A stretch of 64,000 bases of DNA, taken from the NCBI RefSeq assembly GCF_009914755.1, contig NC_060931.1; one strand, written 5' to 3'. Source of the DNA: the human T2T-CHM13v2.0 reference genome, Homo sapiens. The number at the start of each line of letters is the position of its first letter. Within the stretch, counting starts at the first letter, position 1. The notes below the pieces were generated by a model. It searched no databases, was not told the origin of the DNA, and saw nothing but the letters and a program-made list of their open reading frames with translations. Below are positions 19,686-36,300 of this stretch, in pieces. The position numbers were made by a program, and so were the translations under genes.

Positions 19686-20653
19686 ACTTTTTGAGTTTAG
19701 CTACTGAGTCTGCTAAAAATGGTTGAAATATCTTTAAAATAGAAGACATTATTTTTTAAAAGGCTCTGAGATACTTGGGGTCATTCTAAAGGACGTATAG
19801 TTTCTCCAAATGGAGAATAATTGACATAGCTTCCTCCAAGAATTAAATAAGCACCATTTGAAATTAGCACATTATATGCAAACATCTGCTGTAAAATGTT
19901 TCTAAAAGAGCTTGAAATTACCTTGTCATCCTTTAAAAGCATATTATACTTTATATTCTTGTTTACTCAATTATTGCAATTAGCTAAGATCTTTTGTGAA
20001 ATGTGATATTTAGTAAAATGAAGGTCAATATATATTGTACAAAAATGAAAGGTATTTTTTAAGTATTAAAAATTCAATAAGACTTTTTAAGACCAGTAGT
20101 GCCACTTAGCACCACTTTGCCTACATACACACTTGCATGCCCAATGGTAAGGGTCTGCTTGAAAAGATACAACATTGAAAAGCTCAGTACTATGATGTGT
20201 GTGTGTGCATGTGTATGTGTTTCTTTAAATGTGTATATAATGACAATTGACATATTTCAAAATAGTAGAATAAGTTAAGGAAATTGCTTTATTCTATATT
20301 TGTAATTTATTGCAATGATAATGATACGTTTTTAAAAAAAAAACTATTATAAAATATATGGCCATGCTCAAGGTGAGCATCTCCATCGACCATAAAGAGA
20401 ATGGAAACTCTGTTGGAAGCCATGTACTTACAGGACCTGGAACTCAACAAAGTCAATTATAGCCTGCCGCTCTACTACTTAAATTAATAGCATCCTTATA
20501 TAATGTGACCCAAATCCAGGCTTAAGGCTCCCCACAAAAAAAAAAAAAAAAAAAATTAGAGCCTTGGCTCATTACCTACCCACAGAAGTCAAAAAATCTG
20601 TGACCAAAAATTTAAATACACTAAAATAAGTCTCTGCTTAAATAAACATTATA

Positions 20654-21088
20654 CACTTGACCCTTGGACAACATGAAGGTTAGGGACTCTAACCCCATGC
20701 ACACTCAAAAATCTGTGTGTAACTTTTGACTCCCCCAAAATGTAACTACTAATAGGCTACTGTTGACCAGAAGCCGTACTGATAACATAAACAGTTGATT
20801 AACATGTATTTTGAATATGTATTATATACTGTATATTTACAATAAAGTAAGCTAGAGAAAAAGTTCTAAAGAAAATAATAAGAAATATATCTTTACTATT
20901 CATTAAGTGGAAGTGGATCATCATAAAGGTCTTCATCCTGGTGGTCTTCACATTGAGTAAAATGAGGAGGAAGTCAAAGAGGAGTGATTGGTCTTGCTGT
21001 CTCAGGGGTGGCCGAGTCAGGAGAAAATGCACGTATGCATATAAGTGGATCCACTCAGTTCAAACCTGTGTTGTTTAATGGTCAACTG
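20654..21088. mobile_element. Tigger2a (MER28)-like non-autonomous Tc1/mariner element
   Basis: TIRs CACTTGACCCTTGGACAACA / TGTTGTTTAATGGTCAACTG; TA on the left; 435 bp. Confidence 0.85.
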
Positions 21089-23714
21089 TCTGTAAAATAT
21101 TATAAACATGATATAAAAGTAAATATATTAATGTTATATATTTTTTAAAAAAATTACTATACCTCAGCTCTACAGCCTGATTTATTTTGTTGTTGTCATG
21201 GGAGAGTAACAGCAGAAGAGGACACAGACAAAGGGTAACTGAGAACATTAAAAAGGTTGAAGTTTGACACAGAGAATGAGTCCACAGCATTATATTCCCA
21301 TGGAAAAATAGCCATGAGCCACCATAATAAGCTGTGGTTCAGACTGTGGTCCCCAGGGCATATATATTTTATGAGGAAAGATGAGCAAGAATAAAACAGA
21401 ATAGCATAGGATAAGATAGAATGGCTAAATCAAGCTCATTAACATTTCCATTACCTCACATATTTATCATTGTTTTGTGCTGAGAAACACAAAATGTATT
21501 CTCTTAGCAATTTTCAAGTATAATACATTATTATTAACTATAGTCATTATGTTATACAATAGATATCTTGAACTTATTCCTCCCCTCTAATTAAAATTTT
21601 GTATCCTTGAACTAGCGGCTCCCTAATACACTTCCCTCACCCTTCTCCTCCTACCAGTCTCTAGATACTGGTAACCTCCCCTCTACACTCTGCTCCTATG
21701 ATTTTAACTTTTTTAGATTCCACCTATGAGTGACATCATGCCATGAATATTTGTCTTTCTGTGCCTGGCTTATTTCATTTAACATAATGCCTTCCAGGTT
21801 TATCCATGTTGTTGCAAATGACAGGATTTCCTTCTTTTTACATGGCTGAATAGTATTCCATTTTGTATATATATGGCACATTTTCTTTTTTTCATTTATG
21901 TTGATGGATAGATTTATTCCGTATCTTAAGCTATTGTGAACAATGTTGCACTGGTTATGAGAGTGCAGATATCTCTTCAATGTGCTAATTTCATTTTCTT
22001 TGTGTGTGTGTGTATATATATATATATAATATATATATTATATATGCAATACTGGAATTGCAGGATCATTTGGTAATTCTAGTTTTAATTTTCTAAGGAA
22101 CCACCATAGTGTTTCCCATAATGGCTGTAAAAATTTATGTTCTCATCAGCAGTTTTCATGTATGGAAATAGTACAAGGGTTTCCGTTTCTCCACATCTTC
22201 ACCAGTACTTCTTATCTTTTGACTTTTTGATGACAGCCATGCTAACAGGCGTGAGTTGCTATCTCATTGTGGTAATAATTTGCATTTTCCTAATGATTAG
22301 TGATGTTTAGCATTTTATCATATACCTCATGGCAATTTATATTGTCATTTTTTTGATAAATATCTATTTAGGTCCTTTGCCATAATTATTGCTATTGTGT
22401 TGTTTGAGTTCCTTGTATATTTGGATACTAACTGCTATCACATGCATGGCTTGCACATATTTTCTCTCATTATGTAGATCGTTTTTGAGCCTATTGTTTT
22501 TTTTTTTAGTTTGATTCAACATCACTTGTCTATTTTTGCTTTTGTAGCCTGTGTTTTGAGGACATGCCCAAAAAAATCATTGCCCAGACCAACGACATGA
22601 GCATTTTCCATATGTTTTCTTCTAGTAATTTTATAGTTTTATGTTTAATTCTTTAATCCATTTTGAGTTGATTTTTGTATAAAACGTGACTCCATAAGGG
22701 TCCAATTTTATTTTTCTGCACAAGGATATCCAGTTCCCCCAACATTATATATAGAAGAGACTGTTCTTTCCCCATTATGTATTCTTGGCAACTTTGTCAA
22801 ACATCAGTTACACATAAATGCATGGATTTATTTCTGAGCTCTATATTCTGTTCCATTGGTTTATGCCAATACCATGTTGTTTAAGTTACTATGGTTTTGT
22901 AGCATATTTTGAAGTCAGGTAATGTGATACCTCCAGCTTTGTTCTCTTTGCTCAGTATTGCTTTGCTATTCAAGGCCTTTTTTTGTTCTATATGAATTTT
23001 ATGATTTTTTTCTGTTTCTGTGAAGAATCCCATTGATATTTTGATAAAGATTGCATTGAATCTGTAGATTGCTTTAGGTAGTATGGGCATTTTAACATTA
23101 ATCCTTTCAATCTATGAACATGGGATATTTTTTCTTTTACAGTCACGTGCTACATACCACTGTGGTTAAGGAGGAATGGACCACATATACTACAGTGGTC
23201 CCCTAAGATTATAATGGAGGTGAAAATTTTCTATCACCTAGTGGTATCATAGCTTTCATTATGTGGTAGCACAATGTATTACTCATGTTTGTCATGATTC
23301 TGGTGTAAAACAATTCACTGCACTTGCTAACAATCATATACAGGCATAGCACATACAATTATGCACAGTACATAATATTTGCTAATGATAATGAATGACT
23401 ATGTTACTAGTTTATGTATTTACTATACGATACTTTTTATTCTTATTTAGCATATACTCCTACTTATAAAGAAGTATTACCTGTAAAACAACCCCAGGTA
23501 GGTCCTTCCAGAGGCCTTTCAGAAGAAGTCATTGTTATCATAGGAAATTACATCTCCATATATGTTATTGTCCCTGAAGATCTTTTAGTGGGACAAGATG
23601 TGAAAGTGGAAGACAGTGATAATGATGATGCTTACCCTGTGTAGGCCTAATGTGTGTGTTTGTGTCTTAGTTTATAATAAAAAAGTATAAAAGTGAAAAA
23701 AATAAAAATGTATA

Positions 23715-23988
23715 GGCTGGGCACAGTAGCTCATGCCTGTAATCTGAGCAGTTTGGGAGACCTAGGTGGGTGGATCACTTGAGCCCTGGAGTTCAAGACA
23801 AGCCTGGGCAACATAGTGAGACCACATTTCTACAAAAAATAAAAAGTAGCTGGGCATCATGGTGCCCACCTGTAGACCTAGCTACTTGGGAAGCTAAGGT
23901 GGGAAAATCACTTGAGCCTGGAGGTTGAGGCTCCAGTGAGCCAAGATTGTGCCACTGTACTCCAGCCTGGGTGACAGAGCAAGACTCA
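23715..23988 (+). mobile_element. AluJ
   Basis: Dimeric Alu with J-like TTGAGCC; tail replaced by a microsatellite. Confidence 0.9.
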
Positions 23989-23990
23989 GA

Positions 23991-24018
23991 CTCACTCACT
24001 CTCTCTCTCTCTCTCTCT

Positions 24019-24096
<78 letters not shown>

Positions 24097-24338
24097 TTTT
24101 TAAATTTTAAAGTATATGTACTTTATATATGTGTATATATAAAATATAGTATAAAATTTATACTATATAAAGTATATATACTTTAAAATTTATATAGTAT
24201 AAAGTATATATACTTTAAAAATATGTATATATATACTTTAAAAGTATGTATATATATACTTTAAAAGTATGTATATATATACTTTTAAAGTATGTATATA
24301 TATACTTTTAAAGTATGTATATATACACTTTTAAAGTG

Positions 24339-24387
<49 letters not shown>

Positions 24388-24395
24388 TTTTTAAA
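23991..24395. repeat. Compound microsatellite (CT)n(AT)n(AC)n plus ~22-bp AT-rich quasi-palindromic tandem repeat
   Basis: Repeated TATATATACTTTAAAAGTATG-like units. Confidence 0.92.
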
Positions 24396-24400
24396 TTTTT

Positions 24401-24547
<147 letters not shown>

Positions 24548-25247
24548 TAGATATATTTTCTAAAAAAATAGGAAAAAGCTTATATAATGAGAATATAAAG
24601 AAAAAATATTTTTTGTTCAGCTGTACAATATCTGCTTTAGGCTGTGAGGCTGTGTTATTTTAAGTGTCAAAAAGATTTTAAAAATTTAAAAAGTTTATAA
24701 AATAAAGTTGCAGTAAGCTAAGGTCAATTTAATCACTGAAGAAAGAAATAGTTTATGTAAGTTTATATAAATTTAGCATACCCTAAGTGTATGGTGTTTA
24801 TAAAGTCTACAGTAGTGTACAGTAATGTTCTAGGATTTCACGTTCACTGACCACTCACTCAGGGTGACTTCTAGTCCTACAGGCTCCATTCATGTTAAGT
24901 GTCCTATTCAGGTATAGCACTTTTATCTTTTATACCATAATTTTACTGTATCTTTTTATGTTTAGATATGTTCATAAAAGAATATATTTACCATTGTGTT
25001 ACAATTACTTACAGCATTCAGTACCGTAACATGCTGTACATGTTTGTAGCCTAGGAGCAATAGTCTATATGAAATAGCTAGGTGTATAGTAGGCTGTACC
25101 ATCTAGGTTTGTGCAAGTTCACTCTGTGATGTTCACAAAAGGACAAAATCACCTAATGATGCATTTCTCAGAGTTTACCCCCATTGTTTATGACATATAA
25201 TTGTATTTGTGTCTTCAGTTTCTTTTACTGATGTTTTATAGTTTTCG

Positions 25248-25418
25248 GATATTGGTCAAAGTATACAAAATTTTAGTTAGAGAAAAGGAGTAAGTTCAAG
25301 ATATCTATTTTATAACATGAGGAATTAGCTAATAATTATGTGTTGTACACTTGAAAATTGCTAAAGGAGTGGGTTTTAAATGTTCTTACTGCAAATAAAT
25401 GGTAAATATGTGAGGTAA
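25248..25418 (+). mobile_element. L1MA 3'UTR fragment
   Basis: Reverse-complement similar to 21450-21610 (AAGTTCAAGATATCTATT, CTTGAAAATTGCTAA, AAATATGTGAGGTAA). Confidence 0.75.
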
Positions 25419-26142
25419 ACAAGAGAGACAGAGAATAGAATAGAAGACAAGAGAATAGATGACCCCCTTCATTTTGTAAATAAAATCTGAAATCATCTAG
25501 AATAAAGAAATATGAAATAATGTCAGTCCAGTCAGTGAATGAGATAATTCACTTCTATGAAAATAAAAATGTGAAACTTACAGGCTCCATTCACATTAAG
25601 TGTCCTATTCAGGTATAGCACTGAATTCTAAAATACCCGATTAATGCTCATCGGGAAAAAAAAATGGTTGGAATAGCAGAAATAATGAAAACTGATACCT
25701 TATTGAGAAGTAGCTATAAAAATTAATTAGTAATTTGGGAAATGAAGAATATAGCACTATGTACTATATTGAATTATGATCCAAGTTCTCTTCTCTGTAA
25801 AACTATATAATAGTCAGAATGTTCTGTGACTTTATGATGTAGAGAGTGTACCATCCTGTTCCTTGATTTGGGCTTGGCCAAGGGACTTACTTTGGCCAGT
25901 GGGACATTAACTGGCATGACATAGGTAGAGATTTTAAATGTGCTTGTTCAGGTTGAGTTGTCCACTTGGTGATTATGTTATTTCCATGAGAAGAATATAC
26001 CTTAGCTATCTATTAGTCCTGCAGCCTGAACCCTAGAATAAAATATGTGGAACAGAGGTTTCCCAGCCTTCTGCATACCTGCAACCTCAAACAGAATAAT
26101 CACAATCAACCTGCAAAAGCATAATCAAGAAATAACTGTTTG

Positions 26143-29100
26143 GAGGTGCAGAGAAACGTGGCCAAATAGAGGGCTCCACTGATTATTCCCCCAGCAGAAA
26201 CACCAAGTTTGACTAACATCTACACAAAGGAATGTAAATAAAAAACAACAAAAAGTTAAAAAGCAAGGGGACAAAGTTAAAGGGCAGAGTCTTTATCAGT
26301 TTTACTTTTCTTGAAAGTTTGTTTATGCAATAAATGCTAATTGTTATCAGAACACTATAGTAATTTGCAAGCCTCATGGTAACCTCATGGGAACCTCAAA
26401 TCAAAAAACATACAATGGATACACAACAAATGAAAAGCAAGAAAGTAAAGCACACCACCAGAGAAAATCACCTTCACTAAAAAGAAGACAGAAATGAAGA
26501 AAAGAAAGGAGGAAGAGAAGACCACACAACAACCAGAAAACACATAACAAAATGGCAGGAGTAAGTACTTACTTATCAATAATAATATGGAATACAAATG
26601 GACTAAACTTTCCCATCAAAATACATAGAGTAGCTGAATGGATAGAAAAACAAGACCCAGTGATCTTTTGCCTACAAGAAACAAACTTCTTCACCTGTAA
26701 AGACACACACATATAGACTGAAAATAAAGGGATGGAAAAATAAACTTCATGTCAATGAAAACCAAAATAGAGGAGTAGCTTTACTTATATCAGAACAAAT
26801 TAGTTTTAAGACAAAAACTATTAAAAGAGAAAAAGAATGGCATTATCTAATGATAAAGGGGTGAATTCACAAGAGGATGTAAGAATTGTAAACATATAGA
26901 CATGCAACACTGAAGCAGCCAGATATATAAAGCAAATATCATTAGAGCTAAAGAGAGAGATACACCCCAAGACAATAATAGCCAGAGACTTTAACAGACA
27001 GTGTCAACATTGAACTGATCTTCCAGACAGAAAATCAATAAAGAAACATCGGACTTAGTCCAACATAGATCAAATGGATCTAACAGACATTTACAAAACA
27101 TTTTATTCAATGACTCAGAATACATATTTTCTCCTCAGCACATGGATCATTCCCAAGGATAGACCATATGTCAAGTCACAAACAAGTCTTAAAACATTCA
27201 AAATAATTAATATCAAATATCTTCTCTGACCACAATAGAATAAAACTGCAAATCAATAACAAGAGGAATATTGGAATTTATACAAACACAGAGAAATTAA
27301 ACTCTATGCTTCTGAATGACCAGTGAGTCAGTGAAGAAGAAATTAAGGAGAAAATTGAAAAATTTCTGGAAACAAATGACGATGGAAACACAACATACCA
27401 AAATCTACGGGAATCACTGAAAGCAATACTGAGGGAAATTTATAGCCATAACTGCCTACATCAAAAAGAAGAAAAACTTCAAATAAATAATCTAAATATG
27501 TATCTTAAAGAACCAGAAAAGCAAGAGTGAACCAAACTCAAAATTAGTAGAAGAAAAGAAATAATAAAGATCAGAGCAGAAATAAATTAATTTGAAGTGA
27601 AGAAAACAATACAAAAGATCAATGAAACGGAAAGTTGGATTTTGAAAAGGTAAATAAAATTGACAAACTTTTAGCTGGACTAAAGAGGAAAAAAAGAGAG
27701 GAGGGAGGCCTAAGTGAATAACATCAGAGATGAAAAGGGTGGCATTACAACTGACACTGCAGAAATTTAGAGGATCATTAGTGGCTTCTATGAGCAACTA
27801 TATGTCAACAAATTGGCAAATCTAGAGGAAATGGATAAATTCCTAGAAACACACAACCTATCAAGATTGAATCATGGAGAAATGTAAAATGTGAACAGAC
27901 TAATAATAAGCAACGATGTTTAACCCATAATAAAAAGTATCCCAATAAAGAAAAGTCCAGGATGTCAAAGCTTCCCTGATGAATTCCACCAAACATTTAA
28001 AGAATGACTAATACCAATCCTACTCAAACTACTCTGAAAAATAGAGAAGGCAATATTTCTAAACACATTCTACAAGGCCAGTATTACCTTGATACCAAAA
28101 CCAGAAAAAGGCACATCAAAAAAAAATTGAAAATCACAAGCCAATAACTCTGATGAATTGACGCAAAAATCTTCAACAAAATACAGGAAATCAAATTCAA
28201 CAATACATTAAAAGATCATTCATATGCAAATCATTCAGTGTGATACATCTTATCAACAGAATTAATCACCACAAACCATATAATTATTTTGATTGGTGCT
28301 GAAAAACATTTGATAGAATTCAACATTTATTCATGATAAAAACCCTCAGAAAACTGTGGATAGAAGGAACATACATCAACATAATAAAAGCCATATACGA
28401 AAAATCCACAGCAAGGATCATACTGCATAGTGAAAAGCTGAAAGCCTTTCCTCTAAGATCTGGAACATGATGAGGATGCCCACTGTTACCATTGCTATTC
28501 AACATAGTTCTGGAAGTCTTAGCTAGAGCAATCAGACAAGAGAAAGACATAAGAGGCATTCAAATTGGAAAGGAAGAAGTCAAATTATTCTTGTTTGGAG
28601 ATGACATAAGCTTGTATTTGGAAAAATCTAGACACCACCGATAACCTTGTGGAACTAATATACAAATTCAGTAAAGTTTCAGGATACAAAATCATCATAC
28701 AAAATTTAATAGCATTTTTATATGCCAACAGTGAACAATTTGACAAAGAAATTAAAAAGTAATCCCATATACAATAGCTGCACATCAAATAAAATACCTA
28801 GGAATTAAGTTAACCAAAGAAGTGAAAGACATCTACAATGAAAACTATAAAACGCCAATTAAATAAATTGAAGAGGACACAGATAAATGGAAAGATAATC
28901 CATGTTTATGGATTCATTGGAAGAATCAATATTGTTAAAATGTTCCTAATATCCAAAGCAATCCATAGATTCAATGCAATCTCTATCAAAATATCAATGA
29001 CACTCTTCACAGAATAGAAAACAATACTGGCTGGGTGTGGTGGCTCACACCTCTAGTCCCAGCACTTTGGGACTGGGCAACATGGCAAAAACCCATCACT

Positions 29101-30935
29101 ATAAAAAAATACAAAATAAAAAATAGCTGGGTGTGGTGGCAAATGCCTGTAGTCCCAGCTACTCAGAAGGCTGAGCTGAGAGGATTGCTTGAGTCTAGGG
29201 TGTGGGGGTTGCGTGAGTTGAGATCATGCCACTGTACTCCAGCCTGAGCAACAGAGCAAGACCCTGTCTCAAAAAAAACAAAACAAAACAAAAAAACCCA
29301 CAATCTTAAAATTTTTGTGAAACCACAAAAGATCCAGAACAGCTAAAGTTATCCTGAGCAAAACACACACAAAAAAAGGAGAAAGAATCACATTACCTGA
29401 CTTCAAATTATACTATAGAGCTAGAGTAATCCAAACAGCATGATACTTGCTTAAAAACAGACACATAGACCAATGGGACAGAAAAGAGAACCCGAAGCAA
29501 ATCCGTACACATAGTGAACGTATGTTTGACAATGTTGCCAAGATCATACACTGGAGACTAGATAGTCTCTTCAATAAATGGTTCTGGGAAAACTGGATAT
29601 CCATATGCAGAAGAATGAAGCTAGACTCCTATCTCTCACCATATACAGAAATAAAATCGAAATGAATTAAAGACTTAAATCTAAGACTTCAAACTAAGAA
29701 ACTACCAAAAGAAAACATTGGAGAAACTTTCCAGGACATTGCTCTTGGCAAAGATTTCTTGAGTAATACCCCACAAGCACAGACAACCAAAGCAAAAAAT
29801 GGACAAATAGAATCATATCAAGTTAAAAAGCCTCTACAAGGCCATGGAAACAATCAACAAAATGAGGAGACAACTTACACAATGGGAGAAAATATCTGCA
29901 AACTCCTAATCAGATGAGGGATTAATAACTAGAATATAAAAGGAGCTAAAACAACTCTATAGGAAAAAATCTAATAATCTGATTTCAAAATGGGTAAAAG
30001 ATTTGAATAGGCATGTCTCAAAAGAAGGGATACAAATGGCAAACAGGTATATGAAAACGTGTTCAAAATCATTGATCACCAGAGAAATGCAAATCAAAAC
30101 TGCAATGAGATACTATCTCACCTCAATTAAAATGGCTTTTATCCAAAATCAGGCAATCACAAATGCTGTGAGGATGTGGAGAAAAGGGAACCCTCGTACA
30201 CTGTTGGTGGAAATGTAAATTAGTACAATCACTATAGAGAGTAGCTTAAAGGTTCCTCAAAGAACTAGAAATAGAGCTACCATATGATTTAGCAATCCCA
30301 CTTGTAGGTATCTACCCAAAAGAAAGCAAATCAGGATACCAAGGAGATATCTGCACTCCCATGTTTACTGCAGCACTGTTCACAATACCCAGGATATGGA
30401 AACAATCTAAGTGTCTATCAACAGACGAATGGGTTGAAAAAACGTGGTACAAATACACAATGGACTACTATTCAGCCATTAAAAAGAGTGAGATTCTTTT
30501 ATTTGCATAACACAGTTGGCTTGAAGTCATTATATTAAGTGAAATAAGCCAGGTACAGGAAGACAAACTTTACATCTTCTCACTTATTCATGGGAGCTAA
30601 AGATTAAAACAGTTGAGCTCATAGAGATACAGAGTAGAAGGATGGTTACCAGAGGCTGGGAAGGGTAGTTGGCAGGGGATTGGGGATGCATAATGGGCAC
30701 AAAAAAATTTAGAAAACATGAAAAAGAACTAGTATTTGCTAGCACAATAGGGTGACTATAGTCAAAAATAATTTAATTGCACATTTTAAAATAACTAACA
30801 CTTGAGGGGATGGATACCCCATTTACTCTGATGTGATGATTTTGCATTGCACACATATATCAAAACATTTCATGTACTCCATGAATACATATGCCTATTA
30901 TGTACCCAGAAAATATTAAATTAAAAAAATGTAAA
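26143..30935 (+). mobile_element. L1MA2/3-like LINE-1 with an internal deletion of most of the 5'UTR and all of ORF1
   Basis: ~87 nt of 5' end joined to the inter-ORF region, then decayed ORF2 and 3'UTR; 16-bp TSD AAGAAATAACTGTTTG (26127-26142) / AAGAAATAGCTATTTG (30936-30951). Confidence 0.88.
29029..29296 (+). mobile_element. AluJ-like with a deletion in the left arm
   Basis: TTTGGGA joined directly to CTGGGCAACATGG; A/C-rich tail. Confidence 0.88.
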
Positions 30936-31175
30936 AAGAAATAGCTATTTGTTGTTACATGCCACTTAGTTTTGTGGATGTTTGTTACAATAAAGTAGCT
31001 GACTGATACAAATTTGGTACCATAAGTAGGGTAAATTAAAAACCCTAAAATGTGTGGCATCATTTCTGGGCACAGGTGGTAGGCTATAATGAACTATTTT
31101 AGGAGGCTCATAAATGGTCACCTGTGTTATGTAATAGCAAATATTTGGCAGAAGTATTAATTTGAGTTAACATGA

Positions 31176-33892
<2,717 letters not shown>

Positions 33893-34490
33893 AGAATTCC
33901 TTTAATGTGAAGGTTTCTGCTGATGTCACTTTCCCTGGGATGACTTCATGCTTTTCGTCACAACACTTTCCTCATTGATGTTGCTCAGTTCACCTTGACT
34001 AAGTTCCCCTGCTGCCTATCTATCTTGTGTCTCCTGAATGGTGGGAGCATCCACATTCCCAACATCAGCAATTTCTTCTGTAGCTCCACTTATGTTGGAT
34101 TTGAGTTTCACTTCTAGCGCAATCCTTTTTCATTTGTGCGCTGAACTTTCACCTTTGTTAGCCAATTCTCTCTTTTTGTTACTCATTTTTGTAAAATTTT
34201 GTATGGATTTATTACTGGGAGACAAGGAGACAACACAACTACATGCTTTGCTGTCTGTGGACACACTGAATAACAGATCTGTAGTGACCAGTTACCAACA
34301 GACTTTGGGAAGAATGATGTGGCTAGTTAGTGATCATGACATGCACCTGTCATGTCATGTTATTTACATTGTGATTTCTAGACTAAGGAGCTAACAGGAA
34401 GGTTTGTTCATTATGAAATTACTCACAGTGAATATATTGTGGTAACTGAAATTTGAATCACGCTACTAGGAGGCTGGTGTTTAACTTAAG
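33893..34490 (-). mobile_element. Tigger13a-like DNA transposon, truncated at the L1 junction
   Basis: TTCCTTTAATGTGAAG, ACTGGGAGACAAGGAG, GGTAACTGAAATTTGAA match the recalled consensus in reverse complement. Confidence 0.72.
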
Positions 34491-35654
34491 CATGAAAACT
34501 TAGCTATATAAATGTCCTGGTTTTCTATCTTCTATACCTCTGTTTAAGGTAAGTATTAAATAAAAGCAATTTGTTTCTGAAATTGTCTTTACTAAGTATT
34601 CTACCTGTGGCTTTAATGAGACATCTCTAAATCAGTGACTGTTTCTGGGTTTCTTTAGGGGATCAATAAATTGGCTCCATCAATTATTTTCTCTCTTCCG
34701 TTAAATATCCATAACCCACAGATACCTTCCCTGAGGAGATAACAACAAAAACATCTTCCTTACTTTTATTGTAACTGTGGACCTTGGTATGCACATTTTT
34801 TGAGTTCTATGCTCTTTTCTCTTCTCATATGGTTCCAGTTTTATCTCCAAGAGATAAAATTGTTTCTTCATTCATTTCACAAGCTTCTCTCTGCTAAGGT
34901 AACATTATTTCCTAAATTACACTCTCTACTAATCTAGGGCATCATGAAAATTCTCTATCTGCAAACCCAGATCTTTGCATTGTTTTTATACCAAACTGAT
35001 TTTCAAACTTGGATGTTCCAGTAGAAGTTTCTTTAGTAATATTTTAGACTTAGATTTGTAATAACTTAATTTAATAATTTATTCTCAATACAACAGGAAG
35101 CTATGGTTCCCCTTTCATTTATTTATATACATTTGTTAGTAAATAAATTAATCCTAAAATTAATAAATTCAATCACACATTTGGATAGAGTTGCAATAAG
35201 GGTCCCAAAAATTATATTTATAGTTACATGTGCTACAGGATGGCATCTCAGGAATGAAGTTCAGAGGAATGTAAGAGGAACACCATTTCCAAAGGATAAT
35301 TTGATGCCATCTAATGCTTTGTACTTACAATCCATAGATCAAAAACCTCATGGATTATAGTCCTAACTGTGGAAAACAAGGAAGGAAATTAATTGTCTTT
35401 CAACTGATGACTTAATAGTCTATACTTTGAAACTCTAGCATTTCTTCAATTGTCTATAATTGAGACCACATCCCTTCTGAGGCCAAGCTAGTCCTATGGT
35501 GTAGAGAACAAGGGCATTGTCAGAGACCTCTGTGGCTACATAACTAATACCCACATTTGTTATCCAGCTGGACAAAAATACATGCCGTTAGAATGTACTG
35601 CAAAATACCAGTATTCAGATACTTCAGCTCAATTCTCACCAGAAGGCTTAATTA

Positions 35655-35900
35655 CCCATGTGTGTTAATTATTAATGTTTAACAAACCACCAAAAAACTC
35701 AGTGGCATACAAGAAAAAGACCTTTGTTCTCAGGTCGTAAATCTATGGATTTATGGATCTGTTGGGTGAGGCTAATATTGTTTGGTCTTCACTTAATTTG
35801 GCTCCAAGCTGTGTAGGTTGAATATAGGTTTTCTCCCTGTGTCTCACATTATCTTTGGGCTAGTGGGATATTGAAAACATGTGGATGGTAGAAGAGCCAA
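35655..35900 (-). mobile_element. MLT-type LTR fragment
   Basis: TAACAAACCACCAAAAAACTCAGTGGCATACAA motif. Confidence 0.6.
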
Positions 35901-36159
35901 ACTTTTGTTGGTTTAATCTTCAACAACTATTTGTGTTTGTGCTATATAATGAAAATGGACTACATCAAATGAAATTAATATGGCAAGTATGGTGCTATTT
36001 CCTAATCTGAGTTTGGGAGAATGTAAGAACAGAACAGGTAGACAGCGGTATCAACTTCAGCACCTTTTTAATCTCCATATCCAACTTATTATGTCTTTCA
36101 GAATAAGCATATTCAAAGATGGCACAGTCAGAAATGACTGTAGGTGAAAATAAGTGTAG

Positions 36160-36300
36160 TTGTCTTCTTGCTCAATCCTTTCATTTCACTGATAAGAAAA
36201 TTTGAAATTTTGATATTTGCTTGAAGTTGGTATATTAGGCAAGACTATAACCTCATTTATTTGATTCCTAAGTCTTTGATCTTTCTGCCACATCATGTTT
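36160..36300 (-). mobile_element. MIR fragment
   Basis: CATTTCACTGATAAGAAAATTTGA; CTTTCTGCCACATCATG. Confidence 0.5.

Noticed and set aside
26200-26250. Spliced L1 (SpIRE) explanation for the 3-kb deletion
   Set aside because: The family's obvious donor AG|GTGAG (~2623, ~44884) lies ~30 nt beyond the junction and is not used; microhomology explains the join better.
34038-34394. 118-aa ORF as a host gene
   Set aside because: It is an antisense reading of a decayed Tigger13a-like element with no recognisable domain.
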